Assembly (NCBI GenBank): GCA_963774265.1 | Contig: CAVZDU010000001.1 | Coordinates: 1,216,001-1,280,000 of the forward strand | DNA length: 64,000 bases | Direction: 5' to 3' | Source of the DNA: an uncultured Chloroflexia bacterium | GTDB taxonomy: Bacteria > Chloroflexota > Anaerolineae > CG2-30-64-16 | Shown: positions 25,642 through 36,875 of the stretch, one piece after another | Layout: the number at the start of each line of letters is the position of its first letter | Position numbering within the stretch: position 1 is the stretch's first letter | Made by a program: the position numbers and the translations under genes | The notes under the pieces: model-generated | Databases searched by the model: none | The model's input: only the letters and a program-made list of their open reading frames with translations | What the model was told of the DNA's origin: nothing

Positions 25642-26809
25642 TTACGGGTTCACGACGGAATTGAACTTAATGCCCTCAGCGGTCACGGCCAGGATGGTGG
25701 CCGACTTCACCGGGTTGTGCTGCGCGTCGTAGGTGACCTTGCCGGAGACGCCGTTCGAACTTGATCTTTGGCCATGGCATCCTTCACCTTGGCGGCATCG
25801 TCCGCGCCGGCTTCTTTGATGCCTTGCAGCAGGATGTTGGTGGCGTCGTAGGCCAGGGCGGCCAACGCATCCGGAACCGCGCCCTTGCCAGAGCTGTCCT
25901 TGTACTTGGCGCTGAAATTCTTCAGGAAAGCCACAGCTTCGGGAGCCGTGGAGTCCTTCGGCGAGTAGTGGTTGGTGAAGTACCCGCCGGCCGCGGCCTT
26001 CAGGTCCAGGTCCGACGAGTCCCAGCCATCGCCGCCGACGAACGGGGCGGTGATGCCCTTCTCCTTGGCCTGCTTGGTCACCAGGTTGACGATGTTGTAG
26101 TAGTCGGGCAGGTAGACCACGTCAGGCTTGGCGTCGGCGACCTTCGCCAGGATGGCGGAGAAATCGGTGTCCTTGGCGGTGTAGCTTTCCTTGCCCACGA
26201 TCGTGCCGCCGCCCGCGGTGAAGGCCTTCTCGAAGAATTCGGCCAGGCCCTTGACGTAGTCGTTCGCCTGGTCGAGCATGATGAACGCGGTCTTGGCCTT
26301 CAGGTTCACCAGGGCGAAGTTGGCGCCCACCGTGCCCTGGAACGGGTCGATGAAGCAGGCGCGGAAGATGAAGTCCTTGGTCTTGCCGTCCTTGGTCAAC
26401 CGTCACGTCCGGGTTGGTCGAGGTGGGGCTGATCTGGATGCACCCCCTTGGCGTTTGCGATCTCGGAGATGGGGATGGAGGCCTTGGAGCAGACTTCGCC
26501 GATGATGTAGTGGACCTTGTCCTGGTCGATGACCTTGTTGGCGGCGTTGACCGCCGGGTCAGGGGTGCATTGGCTGTCTTCGACGATGGGCACGATCTTC
26601 TTGCCCAACACACCGCCCTTTGCGTTCCATTCGTCGATGGCCAGCAGTGCGCCATCGCGGGTCATGACGCCGAAGGTCGGCACGGGGCCCGATAGCGGGG
26701 CCAGCACGGCAACTTTGATCTCGCCGCCGGCAGTGCCTGCCGCGCCGCCACAAGACGACAAGACCATGGCCAGGATGGCCAGGACGCCTAGGATTCGAAA
26801 AGCACGCAT
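25642..26809 (-). CDS. livK: Branched-chain amino-acid ABC substrate-binding lipoprotein (frameshifted)
   Basis: Lipobox 'LSSCG'; 'IKVAVLAPLSG..FG', 'GGVLGKKI', 'FRACFIDPFQG', 'GGDGWD', 'ALAYDA'. Confidence 0.85.
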
Positions 26810-27053
26810 TGAACTTCTCCTCCAGAAAGTATAGTTTTGGCAACAGGGATGACGGATGTTCGCACCTACTGATTGTCTTTCAGGACTTGTGTACCTCCTT
26901 AATTCACCCGGGCACTGCGAAGAATGCGCCCACCAGACCGTCTTGACCGCTCTTGCAGTGAGCGCTCAAGTCGACGTCGCTGTCCAACGACCTGGCCGGC
27001 TCGCATTTCGGGGTCTTATTGAGGATCGTAAGGCTTATGTAAGCCACGGGGCG

Positions 27054-27083
27054 ATTATAGCTTGAGACTCGCTGAAATGTCAA
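27054..27083 (-). promoter_or_regulatory. Sigma70-type promoter for the liv operon
   Basis: Minus strand TTGACA-18 bp-TATAAT. Confidence 0.75.
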
Positions 27084-27086
27084 GGG

Positions 27087-27115
27087 TTGACAAGGCTGCA
27101 ACGGATGTCTATAAT
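27087..27115 (+). promoter_or_regulatory. Consensus sigma70 promoter for the 27172 gene
   Basis: TTGACA-17 bp-TATAAT, exact consensus. Confidence 0.8.
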
Positions 27116-27171
27116 CTCCACACAATCCTCGTAGGATGTCTATTCTTCAGTAAGAAGGAGCCCGCAAACGC

Positions 27172-27571
27172 ATGCGTCGCAGCTTCCTCACCCAGCCGCC
27201 CGTGATTATTGCTATTTTGATCCTGCAATTGATCCCGCTGTTTCTGTTTCCGGCCAAGTCGTTTTCACCCACCGGCCAGGAGTGGTGGTTGCCGATACTC
27301 CTGGTGGTGATGGTGCTTGTCGCTGACTTTCAGATCATCTTCCGCCGCAGCCCATCGGTTGGTCCGTGGCTGCTCATCGGCTTTGCCCAGGGCTTCAACA
27401 TCATCAGCCGGCTGATGATGGTCTGGCCCAATGCCACCATCGTCAGTGAAACAGGCACGGCGGTCAACTGGACTTACTTGCTTCTGACGATCATTTCGAT
27501 GGCGATATCTGCCTGGCTTCTCATGTACACGGAGAAACCGGCCACGCGGCGAGGGCCTCTTGCACGGTTAG
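27172..27571 (+). CDS. Hypothetical integral membrane protein (about 4 TM)
   Basis: AAGGAG RBS, consensus promoter, four hydrophobic segments; the true stop is probably TAG at 27569-27571 after a 1-nt indel, because the listed ORF otherwise runs into the convergent gene. Confidence 0.65.
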
Positions 27572-27574
27572 CGC

Positions 27575-28024
27575 TTATGGTTCAGGAAGGGCCGGCGGGG
27601 TCGCGCTGTCGGGTCCTTCCACGCGGATCTGCTCACCTGCCGCAGGGCGCGTCGACGCAAACGGGTCGCCTGACTCGCCGCCCTGCATCACCAGCTCGCC
27701 GTGGAAGTGGGCGCCTTCGTCCAGTAAGAACGACTGAACGTTGATGATGCCCCACAGCCGGCCGCCTTCCAACAGTTCAACCCGGTCCGCCGTGATGTTG
27801 CCCTTGAACGCGCCCGCCACCGATACGGTCTTCGCCTTAATGTCGGCTATCACCCGCGCACCATCGGTGATCAGCACATTGCCCAGCGTTTCGATCGTTC
27901 CACCTTCGACCGCACCGTCCAGGCGCACGCTGCCTTCACACCGCAGCCGGCCATCGAAGGTCGCGCGGGGGCCGATAACTACGTCAATCTGATCCGGCGC
28001 AGGCCGGGAATCACGTCTGAACAC
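27575..28024 (-). CDS. Bactofilin (polymer-forming cytoskeletal protein)
   Basis: 'VIGPRATFDGRL.CEGSVRLDG.VEG..ETLGNVLI..GA.V.ADI.AK.V.V.G.F.GNI.A..VEL...G...G.I......LDEGA.F.G' beta-helix; GTG start inferred. Confidence 0.88.
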   Translation of the reverse strand: MFRRDSRPAPDQIDVVIGPRATFDGRLRCEGSVRLDGAVEGGTIETLGNVLITDGARVIADIKAKTVSVAGAFKGNITADRVELLEGGRLWGIINVQSFLLDEGAHFHGELVMQGGESGDPFASTRPAAGEQIRVEGPDSATPPALPEP

Positions 28025-28041
28025 TGTTCTTCTCCGAAGTC

Positions 28042-28548
28042 TTAAGGTTGGGCCTTCGCCTTTTCGATGGCCTGTTTCTCTTCGTCTGTCAGGGGATAGA
28101 CGGAGTCCCAACTGACGAGCGGTTTGCCATAGACACGTGTGACATCACGGCTATGCAAGCTGCTCATCACGAAACCGTTGCCTTCCTGGTCTGTGAGGGC
28201 GAGCGCGAAGCTCTGATCTCCGCCCGCGTCGCGGAAAGGGTTGAAGCGCAGGAAACCCAGACGCTGGATGTGCCGCTTACCGGTGCGCTCGAGCCCGCGT
28301 GCCAGGGTGTCGAGCTCCTGGACCCGGTCTTGCGCCGCGCGTAACTCCCACAGGTGTGCGTCGAGCACCTGTTGGAGGTTGCCGCCGTCGGCGCCGGTCG
28401 TGAGCGCACGGTAATGTTGTTCAACACGGTTGAGCCGAAGGGCGAGCCAGCCGGCCAGCCCAAGGGCCACCAACGCGATCAACGTCAACGTTACGACGAT
28501 CCACCCGATATTGATCGCGACCCAACCACCTAAACCCGCTCCCTGCAT
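28042..28548 (-). CDS. DUF4446-like membrane-anchored protein
   Basis: N-terminal TM helix; 'RFNPF.D.GGDQSFALAL.D..GNG.V.SSLHSR..TRVYGKP...S.Y.L..EE..AI'. Confidence 0.75.
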   Translation of the reverse strand: MQGAGLGGWVAINIGWIVVTLTLIALVALGLAGWLALRLNRVEQHYRALTTGADGGNLQQVLDAHLWELRAAQDRVQELDTLARGLERTGKRHIQRLGFLRFNPFRDAGGDQSFALALTDQEGNGFVMSSLHSRDVTRVYGKPLVSWDSVYPLTDEEKQAIEKAKAQP

Positions 28549-28549
28549 C

Positions 28550-29530
28550 CTACACCTTTGCCTCGTGCATCAGGCTGCTGATGGACTGACCGACGTGAAT
28601 GCGGCCAATGACCTCAGCCAGCAATGGCGCTACCGACACCACCGTGATTTTTGGATGGTTGAGCACCACAGGCGGCTGGCAAATGGTGTCTGAGATCACC
28701 AATCCCGCGATGCGCGGGTCTTCCAGCCGTTGAAGCGCCGAATCCAGCAGGACGCCGTGGGTGATCGCCAGGAAGACCTCCTCCCGCGCACCTGCGGCGA
28801 ACAATGCATCAACCTCCTGGAGGATGCTGCCGCCTGCGATAACATCGTCGATCAAGATCGGAATCTTGCCTTCGATGTCGCCCACGACGTGTGAGACGTC
28901 TACTTTGCTCGAGCCTTCACGGCGCTTGTGCATGACGACAAGCGGCAGATTGAGCATCTCCGCGTAAAGACCGGCCAGCTTCGCCCGGCCGACATCGGGA
29001 GAGACGACCGCCGCGTCCGCGAATTCCGGCTTATGAAAATACTCCACCAGCACCGGCAGAGCGGTCAGGGGATCCACCGGGACGTCGAAGAAGCCTTGCG
29101 TTGCCGGTGCGTGTACGTCGAAATAGATGACGCGGCCCACCCCCATGCTTTGCAGCATGGTCGCAACGACCTTGGCGCTGATGGCCTCGCGGCCGTGCGC
29201 CATACGCTCCTGGCGGCCGTAAGGGTAATAGGGGATGACGGCGGTGATTTCGTGAGCCGATGCGCGACGGAACGCGTCGATGTAAAGCATCAGCTCCATC
29301 AGGTTGTCGTTGACGGGGCGTGAGCATGGCTGGATGATGAATACATCCTGGTCGCGCACGGCCTCGTCGATGATGACGTGAATCTCAGAATCCCTCAGCC
29401 GGGTGGTCGTGCATTTCCCTAGCTGGATATCAAGGATGGAAGCGACCGATTCGGCGAGCGGCCGGTTCGCAGAGCCTGAGAAGATGCGTAACGGGTGATG
29501 TTGTCCCATGAGGTCCTCCGCAAGTCCCAT
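28550..29530 (-). CDS. prs: Ribose-phosphate pyrophosphokinase
   Basis: 'IFSGSAN..LA', 'VNDNLMEL', '[10 protein letters not shown]', 'VVSPDVG', 'LIDDVIAGG', 'THG'. Confidence 0.92.
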   Translation of the reverse strand: MGLAEDLMGQHHPLRIFSGSANRPLAESVASILDIQLGKCTTTRLRDSEIHVIIDEAVRDQDVFIIQPCSRPVNDNLMELMLYIDAFRRASAHEITAVIPYYPYGRQERMAHGREAISAKVVATMLQSMGVGRVIYFDVHAPATQGFFDVPVDPLTALPVLVEYFHKPEFADAAVVSPDVGRAKLAGLYAEMLNLPLVVMHKRREGSSKVDVSHVVGDIEGKIPILIDDVIAGGSILQEVDALFAAGAREEVFLAITHGVLLDSALQRLEDPRIAGLVISDTICQPPVVLNHPKITVVSVAPLLAEVIGRIHVGQSISSLMHEAKV

Positions 29531-29653
29531 AATGGTGCCTTGCTGCTATTGGAGCCTCTATGATAGCATGAGGCTTTGTACGGACCAAACAAAGAACGTT
29601 ATTTTAGCATCCTGGGCGTCGACCTTTGAGATCGCGGTGAACAGGAGAGTGAC

Positions 29654-30304
29654 GTGCGGAAACTGCTGGTGGCAACCCATAACCAGGGCAAGGTGCGGGA
29701 ATATCGGGAGTTGCTGGCGGATCTTCCGCTGGAGGTAACTTACCTTGACCCCGAGGGCATCACGACGGAAGTGGAGGAAACGGGTGCGACGTTTGAGGAG
29801 AATGCCCGGTTGAAGGCGGTTGCGTATGCAGAGCTCAGCGGCTTCTGGACATGGGCCGATGATTCCGGCCTCGAAGTGGACGCACTGGCCGGCGCGCCAG
29901 GCGTCTACTCCGCACGTTACGCGGGCCCGCACGCGACCGACTCCGATCGCTACTGCAAGCTGCTTGACGCACTCGCAGGCGTGCCCTGGGATCAACGCAC
30001 GGCCCGTTTTCGTTGCGCTGTGGCGCTGGCGACGCCTGGAGGTGAGGTTCGCACGGTGGATGGCGCCTGCGAGGGCATTATCGCGTTCGGGCCTGCTGGC
30101 GGCAATGGCTTCGGGTACGACCCGGTGTTTTACTTCCCAGAGAATGACCAGACAATGGCGCAACTGCCGCCTGAGGTGAAGAACCAGGTCAGCCACAGGG
30201 GACGCGCGGCGCAAAACGCGCTGGCCTTGTTGGGGGACATGATTTTTGCCACAGAGGACACTGAGGGCACTGAGACGGGCAAGACGACCTTGCCCCCGCT
30301 CTGA
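29654..30304 (+). CDS. rdgB: Non-canonical purine NTP pyrophosphatase (XTP/dITP diphosphatase)
   Basis: 'ATHNQGKVRE', 'ADDSGLEVDAL.GAPGVYSARY', 'GFGYDP.F', 'KNQVSHRG'. Confidence 0.95.
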   Translation: MRKLLVATHNQGKVREYRELLADLPLEVTYLDPEGITTEVEETGATFEENARLKAVAYAELSGFWTWADDSGLEVDALAGAPGVYSARYAGPHATDSDRYCKLLDALAGVPWDQRTARFRCAVALATPGGEVRTVDGACEGIIAFGPAGGNGFGYDPVFYFPENDQTMAQLPPEVKNQVSHRGRAAQNALALLGDMIFATEDTEGTETGKTTLPPL

Positions 30305-30318
30305 GGTCTCTGAGCTCT

Positions 30319-31090
30319 CTATGGCTGCTGTAAGCGATCGAGGAACACGTTGATCTCGTTGGCGACTGTCCCGGGCTGTTCCAAGACGGCCATGTGGCCG
30401 GCACCGGGGATCACCATCAGCTGCGATCCACTGATCTGTTCGTGCAGGTACTGGCTGCTTTTGAGGGGCGTCATCACGTCCGCATCGCCGCAGATGATCG
30501 CGGTGGGTGTGGTGATGCGCGCCACGTCTTCCCGGCGGTCGAACGCGTCGCAGGCGACGAAGTCGGCGTGCAGCACCTCCGGCCGCACCTCGCGCAGCCG
30601 CCGCGCTCCCAAGCTCAGCAGGTTCGGGTCTGCTGACTCGCCGTACATCCATCTGACCAGCAGATCGGCTGTTCCTCTCTGATCGTTCTGGATGCCGGTT
30701 AAGATTCCGCGGCGCGACGTGCAACCGGGCGCCTGTGCTGATGAGCACCAATCCTGCCAACTGGCCCATATGGCGCAGCGAAAACTCCAGTGCAATCGCA
30801 CCGCCCATCGAATGGCCCACTAGTACGAACGGCGGCAACTCCTGACCTTCGGCCCACTCCCTCAGCGCGTCTGCGTAGGCAGCCACATCGGTGAGGGCGT
30901 CGCCGACCGAACTCCCGTGCCCCGGCAAGTCGAGCGCGTAGACGGTGCGTCCTGCCATCCGCCGCAAGCCGGTGGGCCACTGCATCAAGTCGCCTCCGGC
31001 GCCGTGCACCAGCACAAGTGGCGGCCCTTCCCTTTGTGCTCCTGGGGTGTAGAGCCTATGGTGAATTCTCGACTGCGGAGTGATCCTCAC
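30319..31090 (-). CDS. Alpha/beta hydrolase (frameshift near 30700)
   Basis: 'LVHGAGG', 'DLPGHG', nucleophile motif GHSMGG, 'D.MTP', 'GAGHM'. Confidence 0.85.
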
Positions 31091-31581
31091 GCGTCTCCCC
31101 GCTCCAGATTCGCCAGCGCGGCCCTGATCTCATCATAGGCTTGTTCAAGCGTCTGCGGGATGACACGCGTGTCACCTAACACGGACATGAAGTTCGTGTC
31201 GCCGGTCCACCTGGGGACAACGTGCAGATGGACGTGGTCCTTCACTCCAGCACCGGCGACCCTGCCGATATTCGCCCCGATGTTGAATCCCTCCGGGTTC
31301 CAGGCGCAGCGCACCGCGGTCACCCCTGCTGCGAGCAACGCCATGACCTCGGTTATCTCTTCCGAGGTCAACAACTCTACAGTATCGACATGCCGATAGG
31401 GTACTGCCATGAAGTGGCCGTTGTTGTAGGGATAGCGGTTCATGACCAGGAAGGCGTGCTCTCCGCGACGAAGGATTAATGCGGCGCTGTCTTCCATCTC
31501 CAGCATTTCGCAGAAGATGCAGCCGTCGTGTTTGGTGCTGCGGATGTAGTCCATCCGCCAGGGCGTGAACAGGTGGTCCAT
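31087..31581 (-). CDS. HIT-family protein (Ap4A phosphorylase/hydrolase-like)
   Basis: 'PWRMDYI', 'CIFC', 'NRYPYNNGH', 'GFNIG.N.G..AGAG', HVHLHVVPRW. Confidence 0.9.
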   Translation of the reverse strand: MDHLFTPWRMDYIRSTKHDGCIFCEMLEMEDSAALILRRGEHAFLVMNRYPYNNGHFMAVPYRHVDTVELLTSEEITEVMALLAAGVTAVRCAWNPEGFNIGANIGRVAGAGVKDHVHLHVVPRWTGDTNFMSVLGDTRVIPQTLEQAYDEIRAALANLERGDA

Positions 31582-31712
31582 GCACGTTCCTTTGTTGTGA
31601 AGGATGATATTGCCACAGAGATCACACAGGGAACAGAGCGTAGTGTAGCATCGCGTCACGACGCACGTCAACCGCGAGATGCATCGGGGCATTCTGTGCT
31701 AAACTGGCTCGC

Positions 31713-32507
31713 ATGTCGGATTTGAGTGCTGAAACGATCTCGCGCTTCCTGACCACGCGGCGGTTGGGGCGGCCGACGCTGTTCTTCGAGCAGATTGGCT
31801 CCACGAACGACTTGGCGCACGAGCAAGCGCGCGGCGGCGCACCGGACGGGTTGCTGGTCGTGGCGGATGAACAGACTGGGGGTCGGGGACGCCTGGGCCG
31901 CACCTGGTGGGCGCCACCAGGAACATGCCTGCTGATGTCGTTGGTTCTTCGGCCTGCGCTGCCGTTGACACGCTCGGGGCAGCTCACCATGTGCCTCGGG
32001 CTCGGCGCCGTGGAGGGAATCGCGGCCCAAACGGGCGCAGCGGCGGCCCTGAAATGGCCCAACGATCTGTTGCTACGCGGCCGAAAACTCGGCGGCATGC
32101 TGACAGAACTGGATACGGTGGGCGGACAGCTCAACTATGCCGTGCTTGGGCTGGGGCTAAACGTCAATGTGTCCTTCGACCAGCCCCTTGCGCCCGAGGC
32201 ATTGGCTGAAACCGCGACGAGCCTGATGACGAGCACCGGCAACGAGATCGACCGGTTGGCGCTGCTCGCCGCGATACTTCAACGCACCGAGTATTGGTAC
32301 GATCGGACATTACGCGGGGACTCGCCGCACGAGGCGTGGGCGCGGCGGCTGGACACCCTGAACCAGAGGGTCGCCGTTTCTCTGGTCGAGGGGAGAATGG
32401 AGGGTGTGGCGACCGGTGTGACTCCAGAAGGGGGGCTGCTGGTGCGGGACGATGACGGAACGACACATACCGTGTGGAGCGGAGACGTGACGACAGTTCG
32501 CAGCTGA
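31713..32507 (+). CDS. birA: Biotin-protein ligase (no N-terminal HTH)
   Basis: 'STND', 'QTGGRGRLGR.W', 'KWPNDL', 'KLGG.L', 'G.GLNV'. Confidence 0.93.
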   Translation: MSDLSAETISRFLTTRRLGRPTLFFEQIGSTNDLAHEQARGGAPDGLLVVADEQTGGRGRLGRTWWAPPGTCLLMSLVLRPALPLTRSGQLTMCLGLGAVEGIAAQTGAAAALKWPNDLLLRGRKLGGMLTELDTVGGQLNYAVLGLGLNVNVSFDQPLAPEALAETATSLMTSTGNEIDRLALLAAILQRTEYWYDRTLRGDSPHEAWARRLDTLNQRVAVSLVEGRMEGVATGVTPEGGLLVRDDDGTTHTVWSGDVTTVRS

Positions 32508-32512
32508 AAGAA

Positions 32513-32549
32513 AAACCAGGTCTCTCACGTAGAGACGAGACCTGGTTTC
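32513..32549. terminator. Hairpin between convergent genes, AAACC(A/G)GG(T)TTC-type repeat
   Basis: aaaccaggtctc..gagacctggttt; similar elements near 35445-35482 and 56760-56792. Confidence 0.6.
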
Positions 32550-32561
32550 TATCGGCGACAC

Positions 32562-34545
32562 TCAGCTCGCTGGCCGATGGCACCCCTGACACGACTCAAT
32601 TGTGCGCCCGGCGTGATTCGCGGGTGCAGGCTTGACTCCGCCTTCTGGAGCGTGACACGTCAGACAGTTGTCCCGGCCGGTCAGGTCATGCGGTATGGCC
32701 GGGGCGGAGGTTTCTCCGGCGGCGGGGGTGACTTGTGGAGCCGCCTCCGGCGTCGTGGTTGGGGCAGCCCCACCCTCATCTGCCAGCTTGTGGCAGTTCG
32801 TGCACATATCGACGGTGAAGGCGGTGTGGTTCTCGGGGAACGGTTTGATGGCTTCACGGCCGTGACATAACTGGCACTCTGCCACGCCCTCGAGTTGGTG
32901 CGGAATGGTGGGCGCCGGGGCAGGTGCTGGCGTCTCGCCCTGTTGCCCATTTTCCTGCAACGCAGGCGTGTGGCAGCCGGCGCACATGTCGGTCGAGAAC
33001 GCAACATGGTTCTCCGGGAACGGCCGCACTTTGTCCGGGCCGTGGCAAAGCTTGCAATCCGCCGTAGCGCTAACCGGGTGCGGGATGGGGTTGGGCACGC
33101 CTGCCGACGGTTTCTCGGGTGGTGCAGAGAGTTCCCGGATCTCCGGGGCATTCAGCCCCGCATACTGCCATTCGGTGGCGTGACACGCGCTGTTGGCGCA
33201 AAAGCTGGTGTTGTCGCTGCCGCCGGGGTTGTCGATCGTGTGGCAATCGTCGCATGTGTCATCGAATCGGCCACGATGCTCCGCCAGCCAGGTGGTGCTG
33301 CGATGCGACTCCGGCTCGTTGGCCGGCTGCACGGCCGAAAGCGGCTGCAAGACCTGCCCCGGGCCGGCCACCTGCGGGACTGTATGGCAGACATTGCACT
33401 CCAGCCGAATCGCCTGGTTGTCACTGCTCAGGTGTTTGCCGTCGTGGCAGCGGAAGCAGCCGGGAAAATTCTTGTGGCCGATGTTGTTCTGATGGTTTTG
33501 CCACGTGACGCTCATGAATGGGAATTGGGAGCGGTCAAAAAGGTCTTGCAGAACGCTTACGGCGGTCTTCACCTCGGCCTCGCGCGCCGCATAAACATCG
33601 GGCAGCTCGTTCTTATAGTAGTCCTCAACCGCAGCGATAGCGGCAGCAGCTTCTTCCTCGGTCGCGTATTGCTGCTCCAGCACCTTCACGCCCTGGTCCT
33701 TGATGAAAGGAAGCTTGGGTAGCACGCCCTGGCTCAAGGCCTCATCAATCAATTCACCAGGCCGGCGGAAGTTGTGCGACGCGCGGTTGTGACAGTCAAC
33801 GCAGTCCATCTTGCGCTTTTCGTACTTGGCCAAGGCTTCCGGCGTGAGGTTGCTGTCTACGGACATGTACTCGGTGACCACGCCGTTGAACTCAGCCGAG
33901 TATCCACGGGATCTCCTGCCGGTCCTCGTCGATGGCGATGTAGTAGACGGGGTTGGCAATATGCCAGTGGATGCCGCGGCCCAGGCCCTCATTTGCGCGA
34001 CCGCCGCCGGTGCGGATGTTGAAGGCGATCTGTGTAAGACTGTTGTCCTGATCAGTCGCGTACTCGTTCTTGACCACAACGCGGTTGGCGTAGAATTTCT
34101 CGGGCCAGTGGCATTGTTCGCAGACCACTTCAACGGGCCGCAAGCTGTGGATGGGCGAGGGAATCGGTCTTTCGTAGTCACCCGTAGGGTATTTCCAAAC
34201 GTAACGCACGTTTGCTAGCTTGGCCTGGATAGCAGGCACTGCGCCCGGGCCAACGTGGCAGGTGCCGCATTGAGCCTGCGCGTGGGCCGAGTTGTGATAG
34301 GCGGTCACTTCGGGCTTCATCACGTGGCACAGCGAGCAAAAGGCCGTGGATTCCGTCCAGTGAAGCAGCTCGGTTGAAGCAATGAAGAATACCAGCAAGA
34401 AGCCGATGCCTGCCAGAATGGCGAGGACAATCGGCCAGCGTTTGCGCCTGCGACGGACGGGCGCGGCCGCGGTGGGAGTCTCAGAGAGGGCCTCGACCGG
34501 GACATCAGGCGCAATCTCAGACTCAGGCGGGTTGAGTTGGGTCAT
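32562..34545 (-). CDS. Membrane-anchored multiheme cytochrome c, NapC/NirT-like N-terminus, about 14 hemes (frameshift near 33900)
   Basis: TM helix then 'WTESTAFCSLCHVM.PE...Y..SAHA...CGTCH'; 13 CxxCH plus one CANSACH; GGAGG RBS. Confidence 0.85.
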
Positions 34546-34674
34546 TTCTCCTCCAGTGGTTAGCGGGACAGTGGGATGAGATCGACCGGTCACTATTAAA
34601 TTCACCCATTAAAGGGGACGCCCGTAGTATACTCGTGGATCGTGAGGGCGTCAACGGCGCACGCGAATCACCTT

Positions 34675-34736
34675 AGGTGCCCGGGACTTGCGATCCCGCG
34701 ACCAGGTGCCCGGCACCTCGGAGGTGCCGGGCACCT
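34675..34736. repeat. AGGTGCC(C)GGCACYT-type palindromic repeats
   Basis: aggtgcccgggacttgcgatcc and aggtgcccggcacctcggaggtgccgggcacct; similar sequence at 63960-64000. Confidence 0.65.
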
Positions 34737-34738
34737 GC

Positions 34739-35425
34739 TTACGCCTCTTCCGGCTCAGGCTCGCCGACTACTGCGGCAACGGCCCTTTCCCAGGCGACCG
34801 TCTCGGCCTCGGTCACCGGCTCGGATCGGAACCGGTAATCGTGTTTGCGGATCAATTCGTCCAGCTCGCCGCGCAGCCGGCTCCAGGCCTCGGCTTGCCA
34901 GCCCGCCAGCTCCTTGACGGCGGCCTGGCTGGCGTGGCTGATCGTGATCTGGAAATGGGGGAGACAAAGGCCACCGGCCTTGCGGTACGCGTCCGCAATC
35001 GCGTTATCGCCCACATGGTTCAAGAGGATCTTCGCCGAGCGATGCTCTGCATCCTGCTCCAGCAAGCACGCGGGACAATCAGCCGAAGGGGCCAGTGCAC
35101 GGTCAAGGTCGGGCTGTCCCCGGCGGAATAGTCGGGAGGGGAGATCGGCATTCGCCTCCAAAACTTTCACCAGCGTATTGATCACGTCGCGGTAGATGAT
35201 GGCCGTGCCGAGTACTGCACCGCGCCGCCCGGCCATCCGCCAAGCGTGACGCTCGCACAGGCCGCGGGCATCGCGTAGCGCCTCGCGCAGCTTGACATCG
35301 GTCACTCCTTCATAGATCAGGGCGCGGAAGTAGCTGTCGCTTGCGCGGCGCGCGAGCCGGCAGATCGGACAGCCCTCTGCATGCAGCGATTCAAGCAACT
35401 CGTGATACAGCACATCTTCAGCCAT
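34739..35425 (-). CDS. DUF6062-like protein with two CxxC...CxxH repeats
   Basis: 'GCPIC..GLCERH' and 'CPAC..GLCLPH', 'LDELIRKHDYR'. Confidence 0.7.
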   Translation of the reverse strand: MAEDVLYHELLESLHAEGCPICRLARRASDSYFRALIYEGVTDVKLREALRDARGLCERHAWRMAGRRGAVLGTAIIYRDVINTLVKVLEANADLPSRLFRRGQPDLDRALAPSADCPACLLEQDAEHRSAKILLNHVGDNAIADAYRKAGGLCLPHFQITISHASQAAVKELAGWQAEAWSRLRGELDELIRKHDYRFRSEPVTEAETVAWERAVAAVVGEPEPEEA

Positions 35426-35501
35426 CGATGCCTCAATTGGAAAAGAAACCAGGTTTCCGCTTCAGGCGAGAAACCTGGTTTGTGCCTGCAGTCAAGAGCC
35501 T

Positions 35502-36839
<1,338 letters not shown>

Positions 36840-36841
36840 TC

Positions 36842-36850
36842 ATTATAGCA
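36842..36850 (-). promoter_or_regulatory. Extended -10 element of the eno promoter
   Basis: Minus strand TGCTATAAT about 55 bp upstream of the eno ATG. Confidence 0.6.
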
Positions 36851-36875
36851 CAGGTGCGAAGCCGCAAAGAAGTTC

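Noticed and set aside
34739-35425. Possible third cytochrome c
   Set aside because: Motifs are CxxC and separate CxxH rather than CxxCH, and there is no export signal; more like zinc sites
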